DNA from: Isurus oxyrinchus
Lineage: Eukaryota
Direction of reading: 5' to 3'
Length of the DNA: 64,000 nt
Assembly (NCBI GenBank): GCA_026770705.1
Contig: JANJGN010000646.1
Coordinates: 248,001-312,000 of the forward strand
Shown here: one piece after another, positions 22,205 through 35,960 of the stretch
Layout: each line of letters starts with the position of its first letter
How positions within the stretch are numbered: the stretch's first letter is position 1
Translations under genes and position numbers: made by a program
The notes under the pieces: generated by a model
The model's input: only the letters and a program-made list of their open reading frames with translations
What the model was told of the DNA's origin: nothing
Databases searched by the model: none

Positions 22205-24035
22205 AAAAGGGAATTCGATCAGCATGTCTTGCATTCATTGTTGCAGACCAAGTAATCCCTTTTTTGATCTTTGCATCTCTGAAACATTTGATGCTTTTCA
22301 AGATATAAATCTACAGGAGATGGAGGCATTTCATCCTGCACAAGGGGTTTTGAATGATTGATGAATATCTGCATGGTGAGCAGTTCCCATTACCTTGATA
22401 GACCTACAGTGATCAAAGTCCAGCGCTTTGCATTTTTAAGGGAGCCCCTGTTTCAAGTGGACCCTGACACACCTCAGTGAGAACTTTCATGCAACATGTC
22501 TGTAGTGCAATTCATTTGAAGCTTTCCAGAGAAGTGATCAAGTTTGCAGTATCAGCAATCAGGTGACTCGTGACAGCCATTTATGATCAGAGCCTAATCT
22601 TGTACTTTTGAAAAACAGGTCTCCTTTAAACAGTTCAATACATTTTTGGCTCGTTGGTTAAGTTGAAGGAAGCTCTGTTATGACATAACAGATGGTAAAT
22701 GCTGAGCTGTTCAAATCCTGGAGGGAAACTTGAAACAACTGTCACAACTAATTTCCAACTTGTATGTTTTGAGATGTGGGCTTTGAATTCAGTAGTAATG
22801 AGGTTAAGAGGTTTAACAGGTAATTATGGTTGGTTGAAAGAAAGGGTTTAAAATATATTTTCCCCCAAATGCAATTTCCAAAACAAGTCTCTTTGGTTGT
22901 TAAGAATGAACCAATTAAACCATGTTTGGTTGAGTCAAAGAAAGAGTCAGTTTATTAGTTACCTAACTGGAGAAAAAATAATAAAAATGGGACACATTTT
23001 AATTTTTTAATTACACACACATACACACACTCACACAGACAGGTGCACAGACACACACACAGACAGGCTCACACGCACACACAGGCAAATGCACACACAC
23101 AGACACGCTCACACAGACACAACACACACACACACAGACAAGCACACACACACACACAAACAGACACACAGGCACACACACACAGACACACACATAAACA
23201 TACACACAGATATCAGAGGTAAAATAATTATAGAGTCCAATAAAAAATTAAGTGTCATTTGCTTGTACTGCAGCGTCGGCTGTGAAGTTTGAAGCTGTTT
23301 TAAATTAGTTGGTTTTCGGCAGATTCCTGTATTTCATCTGGCTCAGACTTGCACGTTGTTGAAGACTCTCTGTTAGCTTCAGACAGAGAGAGAGAGAGAG
23401 AGAGGAACAGAAAGAGAGGGAGGGAGAAATCATTTCTGCTTTTTTCCAGCAGTGTTTGTGGAAGACTGCCATATTTCTTTTTCCTCCTCCTTTCTCTTAT
23501 ATCTGCTTGGCAGAACCATTTGTTTAACTCCTGTCTGTATATTCCTGAAGGGAATTCAATCAGCATGTTTTGCATTCATTGTTATAGACCAAGTATTCCC
23601 ATTTTTTATCTTTGCATCTCCAAAACATTTGATGCATTTCAAAATATAAATCAACAGGAGATGGGGGTATTGTATCCTCCACAGGGGGTTTTGAATGGCT
23701 GATGATTATCCGCTTGGTGAGCAGTTCCCACTGTTTTGATAGAACTACAGCTGATCAAAGTCCAGCACTTTGCATTTTAATGCCTTCCTTTTAAGAGCGC
23801 CCCTGTTTGAAGTGAACCCTGACAAACACCAGGCATGAACTTCCATGCAACAGGTCTGCATTGCAATTCATTTGAACCTTTCCAGAGAAGTGATCAACTT
23901 CACAGTATCAGCAATCAGATGACTTGTGTCAGCCATTTTTGATCTGTGTACAATCTTGTATTTCTTTGAAAAACAGGCCACTTTCAGACAGTTCAATATG
24001 TCTTTGTTCTGTTAGTTAAGTTGTAGGAAGCTCTT
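22205..24035. repeat. Diverged direct repeats of about 470 bp (22205-22675 and 23546-24035)
   Basis: Both start AAGGGAATTCRATCAGCATGT and are collinear through ...AAGTTG-AGGAAGCTCT. Confidence 0.75.
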
Positions 24036-27023
24036 AATCGCAGTTTGCTGTCAGGATATTTGTGTGTGTGTTTGCCTGTGTGTGTGTGAGTGTGTGTGTG
24101 TGTATGTGTGTATGTGTGTGTCTGTCTGTAAGTGTGTGAGCGTGCGTATGTGTGTTTGTGTATGTGTGTGTGCGTGTGTGTGTGTGTGAGTGAGAGTGTG
24201 TGTGTGTGCGTGCCTGTGTGTCTCTGTGTATGTCTGTATGTATGTGTGTATGTGTGTGTCTGTGTGTGTCTGTACGTGTGTGAATGTGTTTGTGAGAGAG
24301 AGAGAGCAAGCGCTTCACAGAGTGAAACCTCCCTGAGTGTGGCCGGTGTGTTTAACATTTAAGCCACACAGACAGGATGTGGTTAAAAGGTGAAACCACA
24401 AGGAGTGAGTGTGTTTCCCAGTGACTGTCTCTCTGTGGGTTTCCTGTGGGTTTCTGTGAACTGCCTGTGGTTTTAAAAAAATCTTCCAACCCCACATGCA
24501 CGGCATCAAATAAGGATTTGGAAGCTGCTGCTCAGAGAGTAACTAGTCCCCCGAGAATTCACAGCCCCTCAAACACAGATTAACAGCATTAATCCTGACC
24601 GTCAGCCCACTCACTCATTGCCTCTTGTCTCAGACACTAGAAAGTGGAAGTTAAGGCCGGATTTTCACTCCCGGGTCGGGGGACACAGAGACGGCAGGAA
24701 AAAATAACAAAATAGGTTTCGAGCACACAGAGCTCCAAGGGAAGGGTCGTGCTGCAGCTAAGGTGTGAGACATGGTACACTCCCCGGATGCAGCATTGAG
24801 GCTTGTATGTCTACACAGCTGATGTAGGTGCACATGGAACACATGTGAATGAGCACTGTGATGCACACACACCCTGGAGAGTAATATCCCTCCATGCACT
24901 ACATATCAGGCTAACATCAACTCATGTTGTCATTGCTGACTCACAGGGTTGAAGCAGGTCACAGAGACGGCTGCGTCTGGGGTTGGGCCAGCCTCCCTGA
25001 GAGTCACCGTCCTAACATTTGATTGGATCACGTCCGATCTGTATCTTAACCCCATCCACCCGCCTCGGTTCCGTGACCCTTAACCCCCGACCCAACAACA
25101 ATCTCCCAATCTCAGTTTTGAAATTTACAATTGACCCCTCCCAGTCTTGACAGCTTTTTCTGGGGGAGAGAGTTCCAGATTTCCACCCCCGCTTTGTGTG
25201 AAGAAGTGCTTCCTGACATCACTCCCTGAACGGCCTGGCTCCAATTTTAATGTTCTGCCCCCTTGTTCTGGACCCCCCCTCACCTCACCCCCACCCCCAC
25301 CCCCACCCCCACACCCCCACCCCCACCCCCACCCTCACCCCCACCATCCGGAGAAATAGTTTCTCTCTATCGACCCACCGAATCCTTTAATTATCTTAAA
25401 CCCCTCGATTAGATCACCCCTTAATCTTCGAGACTTGAGGGAACACAAGCCTGGTCTGTGCAACCTGTCCTCGGGATTTAACCCTTTCAGCCCCGGGATC
25501 GTTCTGGTGACTCTGCACAGCACCCCCTCCAAGGACAATATATCCTCCCTGAGGTGCGGTGTTCTGGACTGAACCCAGTGACTCCAGATTGGGTGTGAGG
25601 GGACCTTCATAAAACTGTGCCAGACACTTCAAAAATCTCTTCAATTCAACCTTGTAAACGCAGTAGGAAAAATCCCAGGGGGCCATTGTATCTTAGCAAC
25701 ATTGTAAACTTGGCCAAAAGAATCCCCCTGGTCACTCCTGAGTGTTACTTATATTGTAAACACAACGTTTCCAGCTCCTCCAGTCTCTGAGAAGCAAAGG
25801 TAGGACACTAGAGCACCACCACTGGTAGGAGGCTGTAATTACAGTGTGACATGTTTACATGGGAATGTTCCATTACCAATGACACAGGAATTTAAATAAT
25901 CAGAAGGACATGTGACAACAGGAAGTGGTGCCTTGGAGAATGGAATTATTCACTAGAGTACGTATTTAATTTGATAAAAATGTACAGAAATGTCAGGGCA
26001 TTTTAATTGCTTCTTTTTTGTATTCATTCACTGACACTGGCTAGGCCAGAATTTATTGCCCATCCCTAATTGTCCTTGAGAATATGGGGGTGAGCTGTCT
26101 TCTTGAGCTGCTGCAGTCCCTGTGGTGTATGTACACCCACAGAACTGTTTGGGAGGGAGTTGCAGGATTCTGACCCAGCGACAGTGAAGGAACGGTGATA
26201 TATTTCCAAGTCAGGATGGTGAGTGACTTGGAGGGGAACTTCCAGGTGGTGGTGTTCCCCATGTGTCTGCTGCCCTTGTCCTTCTAGATGGTAGTGATCA
26301 TGTGTTTGGAAGGTGCTGTCTAAGGAGGCTTGGTGAAACCCTACGTTGCATCTTGTAGATGGTACACACACTGCTGCCACTGTGCGTCAGTTGTAGAGGG
26401 AGAGAATGTTTGTGGACGGGGCGCAAATCAAGTGCGGCTGCTTTGTCCTGGACGGTGTCGAGCTTCTTGAGTGTTGTTGGAGCTGGACTCATCCAGGAAA
26501 GTGGAGAGTATTCCATCACACTCCTGACCTGTGCCTTGAGGTTGGTGGACAGGCTTTGGGGAGTCAGGAGGTGAGTTACTAACCACAGGATTCCCAGGCT
26601 CTGGCCTGCTCTTATAGTCACAGTGTTTATATGGCTAGTCCAGTTCAGTTTCTAGTCAATGTTAACCCCCAGAGTGTTGATAGTGTGGGATTCAGCAATG
26701 GTGATGCTATTGGACATTAAGGGATATTCTCTCTGTTTGGAGATGGTCATTGCCTGGCACTTGTGTGGCATGAATGTTACTTGCCACTTGTCAGGCCAAG
26801 CCTGGATATTGTCCAGGTCTTGCTGCATTTGGACATGGACTGCTTCAGCATCTGATGAGTCATGAATGATGTTGAACGGTGTGCAATCATCAGCGACCAT
26901 CCATAATTCTGACCATCTGATAGAATGAATGTCATTGATGAAGCAGCTGAAGATGGTTGGGCCTAGGACACTACACTGAGCAACTCCTGCAGTGATGTCC
27001 TGGAACTGAGATGACTGACCTCC

Positions 27024-27977
27024 AACAACCACAACCACCTTCCTTTGTACTTGGTATGAATCCAACGAGTGGAGAGTTTTCCCTGTGACATGACATGGCA
27101 GATGATGTGTGCTTGGTGCTCCAAATCCACAAGGGAAAATTGGTCATGCTATCACAATAGTTTTGCAATTTGTATTTATTACAAGAAGCGTGCACTGAAT
27201 TCAGGATAATGAGATGACCACAACCTTTAGACATTTTAAAAATTGGATTAAGATACTTATTAACAAAATAAAAGATTTCAAGCACAGACATAATACCACA
27301 GTTAGTTACAATTAAAATAAATTCTCAAATTCCTAATTAACCTGACTCCCAGTTACAGAGCCCGTTTAAGGCAACAGTCCAAAATAAGATTTTAGATTAA
27401 AAACAAACCCAGCGAGTTAACACAGCACACACTTGACAGTGGAATTCTAAATGGATTTCTCCAACTTTATTTACTGAACATAACAGACTTATGCACAAAT
27501 GCCTGGAGGCTTCTTCAAGCCTGTTTCACACACTCCTGTTAGATCTTACATGGCCCCCAACATAGCCTTTCATTCTCCTTTATACATGTTTCTCTCTCTT
27601 TGATGTGTAAATTCTTTGGAACTGTACCTTTCCCATAATATAAACTTTCATGTTGCCAATATTGTCAATGAAGTTTGGGTAAAATTAAAAAAAAACTCCT
27701 TAGCTTTGCTATTTGGGCTTGTCCTAAACAGACCGACATCCCTTTGAAATCTAAACAACCCCTTCACACCTTACATGTTAACACAGCCTCCATGTGTTCT
27801 CATTAGCATTTCAAGTACATTTCTACATCTAGCTTCTTTTGATAATCTCAAACTTGCAGTCTACCTGTCTCCAGATGTAATTAAACCACACAGACAGACC
27901 CATCTACACTCACACTCATAAACCTTGTTTACAACAAACCAGGAGAATATTATGCAAATTATTATACTTTCGTACCA
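27024..27977 (-). mobile_element. LTR-like insertion within a LINE, related in reverse to about 9330-9865
   Basis: TG...CA ends flanked by tccc/accc; the LINE resumes on both sides; reverse-complement similarity to 9550-9865. Confidence 0.55.
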
Positions 27978-28268
27978 ACCCTGATTCTCATTGACTCCAG
28001 TTATGCTCGGGATCCTAGAGGCCACACTCGGTCAAATGCAGCCTTAATGTTAAGGGCTGTCACTCTCACCTCACCTTGTATTAACAGATGTTAAATTATA
28101 CATAACCCATAAGCTTCTCACAATCTTTTACAGCATGGAAAAAGGTGCAGCATTCAGAAAGCTCACTCAGAACCAATAAAAAAAAGTTGAGCAACATCAT
28201 ATTTGTGTTCATTACTATTTGGCCATGTTGGCTGCACACACCCCACAGCCCCGCTCCCTGTTTCACAC

Positions 28269-28517
28269 TCAGTTTTTCTGGAACCTGATCTGTGTGTATT
28301 CCGTGTCCTCGCTCCTGTGCACAGTCCTGTCACCGCCGGGCAGCTTTGAAAAGTTGATGTTGGCGTAGAGAAGCTCGTCGGTATTGTCGGGGTTCCCATG
28401 TCCAACATCGCCTCCCACTGGACCTTCAGAGAGATCCCGGGGAGCTGGGGTCTCCCCCTCACTAGTTGTGTCTCTGGTTGTGTTCCGGGGCTCAGTAATC
28501 AGCACGTTCTGTTTACC
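28269..28517 (-). CDS. Duplicate terminal exon (tail 2): ITIM-like LLYANI plus ITSM-like TEYTQI
   Basis: 249 nt, open, intact acceptor; ...DELLYANINFSKL...EDTEYTQIRFQKN*. Confidence 0.7.
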   Translation of the reverse strand, partial: GKQNVLITEPRNTTRDTTSEGETPAPRDLSEGPVGGDVGHGNPDNTDELLYANINFSKLPGGDRTVHRSEDTEYTQIRFQKN

Positions 28518-28702
28518 CTACAGAGAAATGGAAACAGAAGACATCCTCACATCATTTACTGGCACTGATAGGGTTAAATTATTGTGCAGCCTCGTTAGTG
28601 TCAGTCGTGTCTCAGTGGGTTTAAGCCTTTTTTTCACTCTCTTTCTCTGTCTCTCTTTCTCTCTCGCTTTCTCTCTCTCTTAATAATTTAATCTCTATCG
28701 CA

Positions 28703-31700
28703 CTCCAACAGTGCAGCACTCCCTCAGTACTGACCCTCTGACAGTGCATCACTCCCTCAATACTGACCCTCCGACAGTGCAGCACTCCCTCAGTACTGAC
28801 CCTCTGACAGTGCAGCACTCCCTCAATACTGACCCTCCGACAGTGCAGCTCTCCCTCAATACTGACCCTCTGACAGTGCAGCACTCCCTCAATACTGACC
28901 CTCCAACAGTGCAGCACTCCCTCAGTACTGACCCTCTGACAGTGCAGCACTCCCTCCGTACTGACCCTCTGACAGTGCAGCACTCCCTCAGTACTGACCC
29001 TCTGACAGTGCAGCACTCCCTCAGTACTGACCTTCTGACAGTGCAGCACTCCCTCAGTACTGACCCTCTGACAGTGCAGCACTCCCTCAATACTGACCCT
29101 CTGACAGTGCAGCACTCCCTCAGTACTGAACCTCCAACAGTGCTGCACTCCCTCAATACTGACCCTCTGACAGTGCAGCACTCCCTCAATACTGACCCTC
29201 TGACAGTGCAGCACTCCCTCAGTACTGACCCTCCGACAGTGCAGCACTCCCTCACTACTGACCCTCTGACAGTGCAGCACTCCCTCACTACTGAACTTCT
29301 GACAGTGCAGCACTCCCTCAGTACTGACCCTCTGACAGTGCAGCACTCCCTCAGTACTGACCCTCCGACAGTGCAGCACTCCCTCAATACTGACCCTCTG
29401 ATAGTGCAGCACTACCTCAATACTGACCCTCCAACAGTGCAGCACTCCCGGAATACTGACCCTCTGACAGTGCAGCACTCCCTCAATACTGACCCTCTGA
29501 CAGTGCAACACTCCCTCAGTACTGACACTCTGACAGTGCAACACTCCCTCAGTACTGACCCTCCAACAGTGCAGCACTCCCTCAATACTGATCCTCTGAC
29601 AGTGCAGCACTCCCTCACTACTGACCCGCTGACAGTGCAGTACTCCCTCAGTACTGACCCTCTGACAGTGCAGCACTCCCTCCGTACTGACCCTCTGACA
29701 GTGCAGCACTCCCTCTGTACTGACCTTCTGACAGTGCAGCACTCCCTCAGTACTGACCCTCTGACAGTGCAGCACTCCCTCAATACTGACCCTCTGACAG
29801 TGCAGCACTCCCTCAGTACTGACCCTCCAACAGTGCTGCACTCCCTCAATACTGACCCTCTGACAGTGCAGCACTCCCTCAATACTGACCCTCTGACAGT
29901 GCAGCACTCCCTCAGTACTGACCCTCCGACAGTGCAGCACTCCCTCACTACTGACCCTCTGACAGTGCAGCACTCCCTCAATACTGACCCTCCGACAGTG
30001 CAGCACTCCCTCAGTACTGACCCTCTGACAGTGCAGCACTCCCTCAGTACTGACCCTCTGACAGTGCAGCACTCCCTCAATACTGACCCTCTGACAGTGC
30101 AGCACTCCCTCAATACTGACCCTCCAACAGTGCAGCACTCCCGGAATACTGACCCTCTGACAGTGCAGCACTCCCTCAATACTGACCCTCTGACAGTGCA
30201 GCACTCCCTCAGTACTGACACTCTGACAATGCAACACTCCCTCAGTACTGACCCTCCAACAGTGCAGCACTCCCTCACTACTGACCCGCTGACAGTGCAG
30301 CACTCCCTCGCTACTGATCCGCTGACAGTGCAGTACTCCCTCAGTACTGACCCTCTGACAGTGCAGCACTCCCTCCGTACTGACCCTCTGACAGTGCAGC
30401 ACTCCCTCCGTACTGACCCTCTGACAGTGCAGCACTCCCTCAGTACTGACCCTCTGACAGTGCAGCACTCCCTCAGTACTGAACTTCTGACAGTGCAGCA
30501 TTCCCTCAGTACTGACCCTCTGACAGTGCAGCACTACCTCAATACTGACCCTCTGACAGTGCAGCACTCCCTCAGTACTGACCCTCCAACAGTGCTGCAC
30601 TCCCTCAATACTGACCCTCTGACAGTGCAGCACTCCCTCAATACTGACCCTCTGACAGTGCAGCACTCCCTCAGTACTGACCCTCCGACAGTGCAGCACT
30701 CCCTCACTACTGACTCTCTGACAGTGCAGCACTCCCTCACTACTGACCCTCTGACAGTGCAGCACTCCCTCAGTACTGACCCTCCGACAGTGCAGCACTC
30801 CCTCACTACTGACTCTCTGACAGTGCAGCACTCCCTCACTACTGAACCTCTGACAGTGCAGCACTCCCTCAGTACTGACCCTCTGACAGTGCAGCACTCC
30901 CTCAGTACTGACCCTCCGACAGTGCAGCACTCCCTCAATACTGACCCTCCAACAGTGCAGCATTCCCTCAGTACTGACCCTCTGACAGTGCAGCACTCCC
31001 TCAATACTGACCCTCTGACAGTGCAACACTCCCTCAGTACTGACACTCTGACAGTGCAACACTCCCTCAGTACTGACCCTCCAACAGTGCAGCACTCCCT
31101 CAATACTGACCCTCTGACAGTGCAGCACTCCCTCACTACTGACCCTCTGACAGTGCAGTACTCCCTCAGTACTGACCCTCTGACAGTGCAGCACTCCCTC
31201 TGTACTGACCCTCTGACAGTGCAGCACTCCCTCACTACTGACCCGCTGACAGTGCAGCACTCCCTCGCTACTGATCCGCTGACAGTGCAGTACTCCCTCA
31301 GTACTGACCCTCTGACAGTGCAGCACTCCCTCCGTACTGACCCTCTGACAGTGCAGCACTCCCTCCGTACTGACCCTCTGACAGTGCAGCACTCCCTCAG
31401 TACTGACCCTCTGACAGTGCAGCACTCCCTCAGTACTGAACTTCTGACAGTGCAGCATTCCCTCAGTACTGACCCTCTGACAGTGCAGCACTACCTCAAT
31501 ACTGACCCTCTGACAGTGCAGCACTCCCTCAGTACTGACCCTCCAACAGTGCTGCACTCCCTCAATACTGACCCTCTGACAGTGCAGCACTCCCTCAATA
31601 CTGACCCTCTGACAGTGCAGCACTCCCTCAGTACTGACCCTCCGACAGTGCAGCACTCCCTCACTACTGACTCTCTGACAGTGCAGCACTCCCTCACTAC

Positions 31701-32892
31701 TGAACCTCTGACAGTGCAGCACTCCCTCAGTACTGACCCTCTGACAGTGCAGCACTCCCTCAGTACTGACCCTCCGACAGTGCAGCACTCCCTCAATACT
31801 GACCCTCCAACAGTGCAGCATTCCCTCAGTACTGACCCTCTGACAGTGCAGCACTCCCTCAATACTGACCCTCTGACAGTGCAACACTCCCTCAGTACTG
31901 ACACTCTGACAGTGCAACACTCCCTCAGTACTGACCCTCCAACAGTGCAGCACTCCCTCAATACTGACCCTCTGACAGTGCAGCACTCCCTCACTACTGA
32001 CCCTCTGACAGTGCAGTACTCCCTCAGTACTGACCCTCTGACAGTGCAGCACTCCCTCTGTACTGACCCTCTGACAGTGCAGCACTCCCTCAGTACTGAC
32101 CTTCTGACAGTGCAGCACTCCCTCAGTACTGACCCTCTGACAGTGCAGCACTCCCTCAATACTGACCCTCTGACAGTGCAGCACTCCCTCAGTACTGACC
32201 CTCCAACAGTGCTGCACTCCCACAATACTGACCCTCTGACAGTGCAGCACTCCCTCAATACTGACCCTCTGACAATGCAGCACTCCCTCAGTACTGACCC
32301 TCCGACAGTGCAGCACTCCCTCACTACTGACCCTCTGACAGTGCAGCACTCCCTCACTACTGACCCTCTGACAGTGCAGCACTCCCTCAGTACTGACCCT
32401 CTGACAGTGCAGCACTCCCTCAATACTGATCATCTGACAGTGCAGCACTCCCTCACTACTGACCCGCTGACAGTGCAGCACTCCCTCACTACTCACCCTC
32501 TGACAGTGCAGCACTCCCTCAGTACTTACCCTCTGACAGTGCAGCACTCCCTCAATACTGATCATCTGACAGTGCAGCACTCCCTCACTACTGACCCGCT
32601 GACAGTGCAGTACTCCCTCAGTACTGACCCTCTGACAGTGCAGCACTCCCTCAATACTGACCCGCTGACAGTGCAGTACTCCCTCAGTACTGACCCTCTG
32701 ACAGTGCAGCACTCCCTCAATACTGACCCTCTGACAGTGCAGCACTCCCTCAGTACTGACCCTCTGACAGTGCAACACACCCTCAGTAATGACCCTCCGA
32801 CAGTGCAGCACTCCCTCAGTACTGACACTTCGACAGTGCAGCACTCCCTCACTACTGACCCTCTGACAGTGCAGCACTCCCTCACTACTGAC
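28703..32892. repeat. 33-bp minisatellite (ACAGTGCAGCACTCCCTCAGTACTGACCCTCTG), about 127 copies, intronic
   Basis: Directly visible. Short copies also occur at about 38190-38270, and in reverse at about 63366-63690 and 63915-64000. Confidence 0.97.
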
Positions 32893-33105
32893 ATCAGGTG
32901 CCTCGTCATTATTGTGTTCATGTTTAAGGTCAAAGAGCGAGTGATGGAGGGAGACAGAGCCTGGGAGCGAGAGACAGTGCTGACCACTGCGCCATTGCTG
33001 ACTTCACAGGGCGATATCTGTGTGTAACCCAGCTGAGAATCTGGTATACGTGTTGTCTACACACTGAGGTTGAAGCTTTGGTGTGAGTGTAAACAGCTCC
33101 TGTAC

Positions 33106-33187
33106 CTGGTGCTTCACAGAGAGTGGACTGGGGGTCAATACAATGTCACTGGTCCCTGAAACTCTCTCCTCCATCGCTGTCTTTCTC
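33106..33187 (-). CDS. Duplicate cytoplasmic exon 1 (tail 2)
   Basis: 82 nt, near-identical to 39271-39352 with intact splice sites; RKTAMEERVSGTSDIVLTPSPLSVKHQ. Confidence 0.65.
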
Positions 33188-33729
33188 CTGCAATAACACA
33201 ATATCACACTGTGGTTATCATATAGCAGAGAGTCAGTGCAGCACAGACACAGAGCCCACTGTAACCTTACACCAATGACTGGACTGTCTCTAGTTCCAAT
33301 AAGGGGTATCAGCGTGACATCACTATAATGGAAGTGTGACATGTGATCCAATCTTAGTTTGACATTTGCTTTGAGCAGAGCACACACTCACAGCTCTGAT
33401 ACCTTCAAGCTTTCTCCGTATGTATAACTGTTCTCGTGCCGAGTCTTGATAAACAAATCATTAACATTCTCACCCAATCCCTGTGAGCGATTGGTGCTTT
33501 GTTTCTTGTACAATAAATAAGCCTAAGGTATAATATCATTATAATAACACGCCATATCTTTGACCCCCCCTCCACCCCTGCTCTTCCCCCCATAGCCCTT
33601 CAAATGTTCCCCCTTCAAGTATTTATCCAATTCCCCTTTTGAAAGTTCCTACTGAATCTGCTTCCAGCGCCCTTTCAGGCAGCACCTTCCAGATCACAGC
33701 AACTGATTATTATTCATCTGGATAACAGG

Positions 33730-33956
33730 CATTGGAATCTGTCTTTATAAAGTCACAACATCAACAAAGGACGGTGTTGGTGGTGGAAGTGAATTCCAAT
33801 CGTTCCGTTACTTACCCAGGACCTGTCCGACTGCTCGCCTGGGGAGGAACTGCCCACACGCTCTGCTTGGGCTGAATGACCTCTTCCTGTGCTGCTCCCT
33901 CTGTGTATTTAATTAGAAAGAGCTGATGTGTCACTGTGAGACAAAATGAGGAAGTT
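33730..33956 (-). promoter_or_regulatory. Ectopic copy of the promoter/exon-1 module upstream of tail 2
   Basis: Near-identical to about 15838-16062; donor at 33816; GAGGAAGT at 33948-33955. Confidence 0.6.
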
Positions 33957-34079
33957 GGAACAAAGTGAGTGAACAGCACTTTGCTGTGCACTGTCAGTAA
34001 ACCCTGTGTCTGTATAAGAATATAAGAACAGAACAAGTAGGATCAGCTGGACACCCTGACATTTTCATTCCTTATATTC

Positions 34080-35960
34080 CATCCGCTCATTTTTTTATCC
34101 ACTCACTGAAACTATTTATCTCCCTCTGCAGCCTCTTTGTGTCCTCCTCACAACTTGCTTTCCTGCCCAGCTTATATATTTCCTACCTATCTTCACCACA
34201 CAGTCAGAAAATCTGCCTACAGTACAGTCAGTCCCTTCATCCAAGTCACTAATGTAGATTGTGAATAGTTGAGGCCTCAGCACTGATCCCTGTGGCTCTC
34301 CACTAGTTACAGTTTACCAAGCTGAAAATCACCCATTTATCCTGGCTCTCTGTTTCCTGTCAGTTAGCCAGTCCTCTATCCATATTAATATATCACCCCC
34401 AACACCATCCAATTTCACCCTGTGCAGTATCCTTTGATGTGGCACCTTATCGAATGCCTTTTGGAAATCCAATGTCATGAAGAGATATTTGTGTGTAACA
34501 TGTGCTTGGAAATAATATCTTCAAATAGAATTCTAGTGGTGGTCCATGTATAGGTGTGTGTCTGGGTGTGTCTTAATTGGATTAAAGCCAGCTGGTCTGT
34601 GTGCTTTGATGTTTAGTAGTTTTGAGATGTTAATTGGGTGAATTGTGAGGAGAACAGTAAAGTGTTCATTTGTAATTGTTGAATAAACCATTCCAGACAG
34701 GGGGTAAAATCTTGCACCTAGTTAGAAGGAGCCAAAAAGATGTGTTTTTTCTTGAACTTACTAATGAAATTGGTGCTATGAAAGGGGGTTTTATTGTTCG
34801 AAGAGCCGGAGTTCAGAAGACCGAGTGATACAATGGAAAATTTACATTCAAAGGGAAAGCTAGCTATATAAAGGAAGGAGTTTGTGTGTGTGAGGCAGGA
34901 GCATTTCAGACCGAACCAGCCTGTAGCCTCCAACCAACTTGCAAAGGAACCTCATTCGGAACTCGTAATGTCAAATGTGCTTTGCCTGGTGTCTATATTA
35001 TGTCAATGGTTCATTGTTGCCTTAGTAGAGATTTACGTGAGGTTGATTAATTTGGGGATTTGTTAAAATGTTATTATAGTAGTTATTTGTAGCCAATGTG
35101 TATGTGTTAAATTTGTTGTTAAATTAATAAATGGTTTATTTGGTTTCATATAAAAGACCCAAAATCCTCGGTGGTCTTTTTCCTACTGAATTCAAAGTCT
35201 TCATCTCGAAATTACAAACAGCAAAATTAGGTTATGACAGTTGTTTCAATTTTCCCTCTGGGATTTGAACAACTCAGCCTTTACCCTTGGCTGTGTCATA
35301 GTCCCTAATACACCACATCTACAGATTCCCCTTTATCCAATCCACTTGTTACATCCTCGAGGAAATCTAATTATTTTTTCAAACATGATATCCCTTTCAC
35401 AAACCCATGTTGACTCTGTCTGATTGAATTATGGTTTTCTAAATGTCCTGCTGCTCCCTCCTTCATAATGAATTCTGGTATTTTCCCAATGACAGATATT
35501 AGACTAACTGACCTGTAGTTTCTTGCTTTCTGCCTCCTCCCTTTATTGAGCAGAGATGTTTTATTTATGTTTTTCCAATCCGCTGGGACCTTCCCATAAT
35601 CTAAGGAATTCTGGAAGATTACATCCAATGCATCCACCGTCTCTGCAGCCATTTCCTTTCAGACCCTCACATTCAGGCCGTCTGCTCCATGGGACTTGTC
35701 AGCATTTGTCTCATTAGTTTTCTTAATACTTTTTCTCTGGTGATAGTGATTGTTTTATGTTCCTCCCTCCTTGTTGCACCGTGACTTTCTCCTGCTATTG
35801 GGATGGTTTTAGAGATTTTTACTGTGAAGACAGACACAAAATTCTTGTTGAAAGTCTCTGTCATTTCCTGTTTCCCATTATTAATTCCCCAGTCTGATTT
35901 TCTATGTGTCCCATTATTACTGTAGCTTCTCTCTTATTTTAATGTACAACATCTCACTGT
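34080..35960 (-). mobile_element. CR1 LINE fragment interrupted by an LTR-like element (about 34473-35300)
   Basis: IFQNSLDYGKVPADWK...NYRSVSL motifs. The inserted element is homologous to about 38415-39135. Confidence 0.7.

Noticed and set aside
28703-32892. CRISPR-like array
   Set aside because: The units are head-to-tail with no unique spacers, there are no cas genes, and the context is vertebrate.
28621-33027. 1418-aa and 1438-aa ORFs (Cys/His-rich or mucin-like repeat proteins)
   Set aside because: They are translations of a stop-free 33-bp minisatellite in an intron. The same repeat occurs elsewhere in both orientations, and there is no credible start or splice context.
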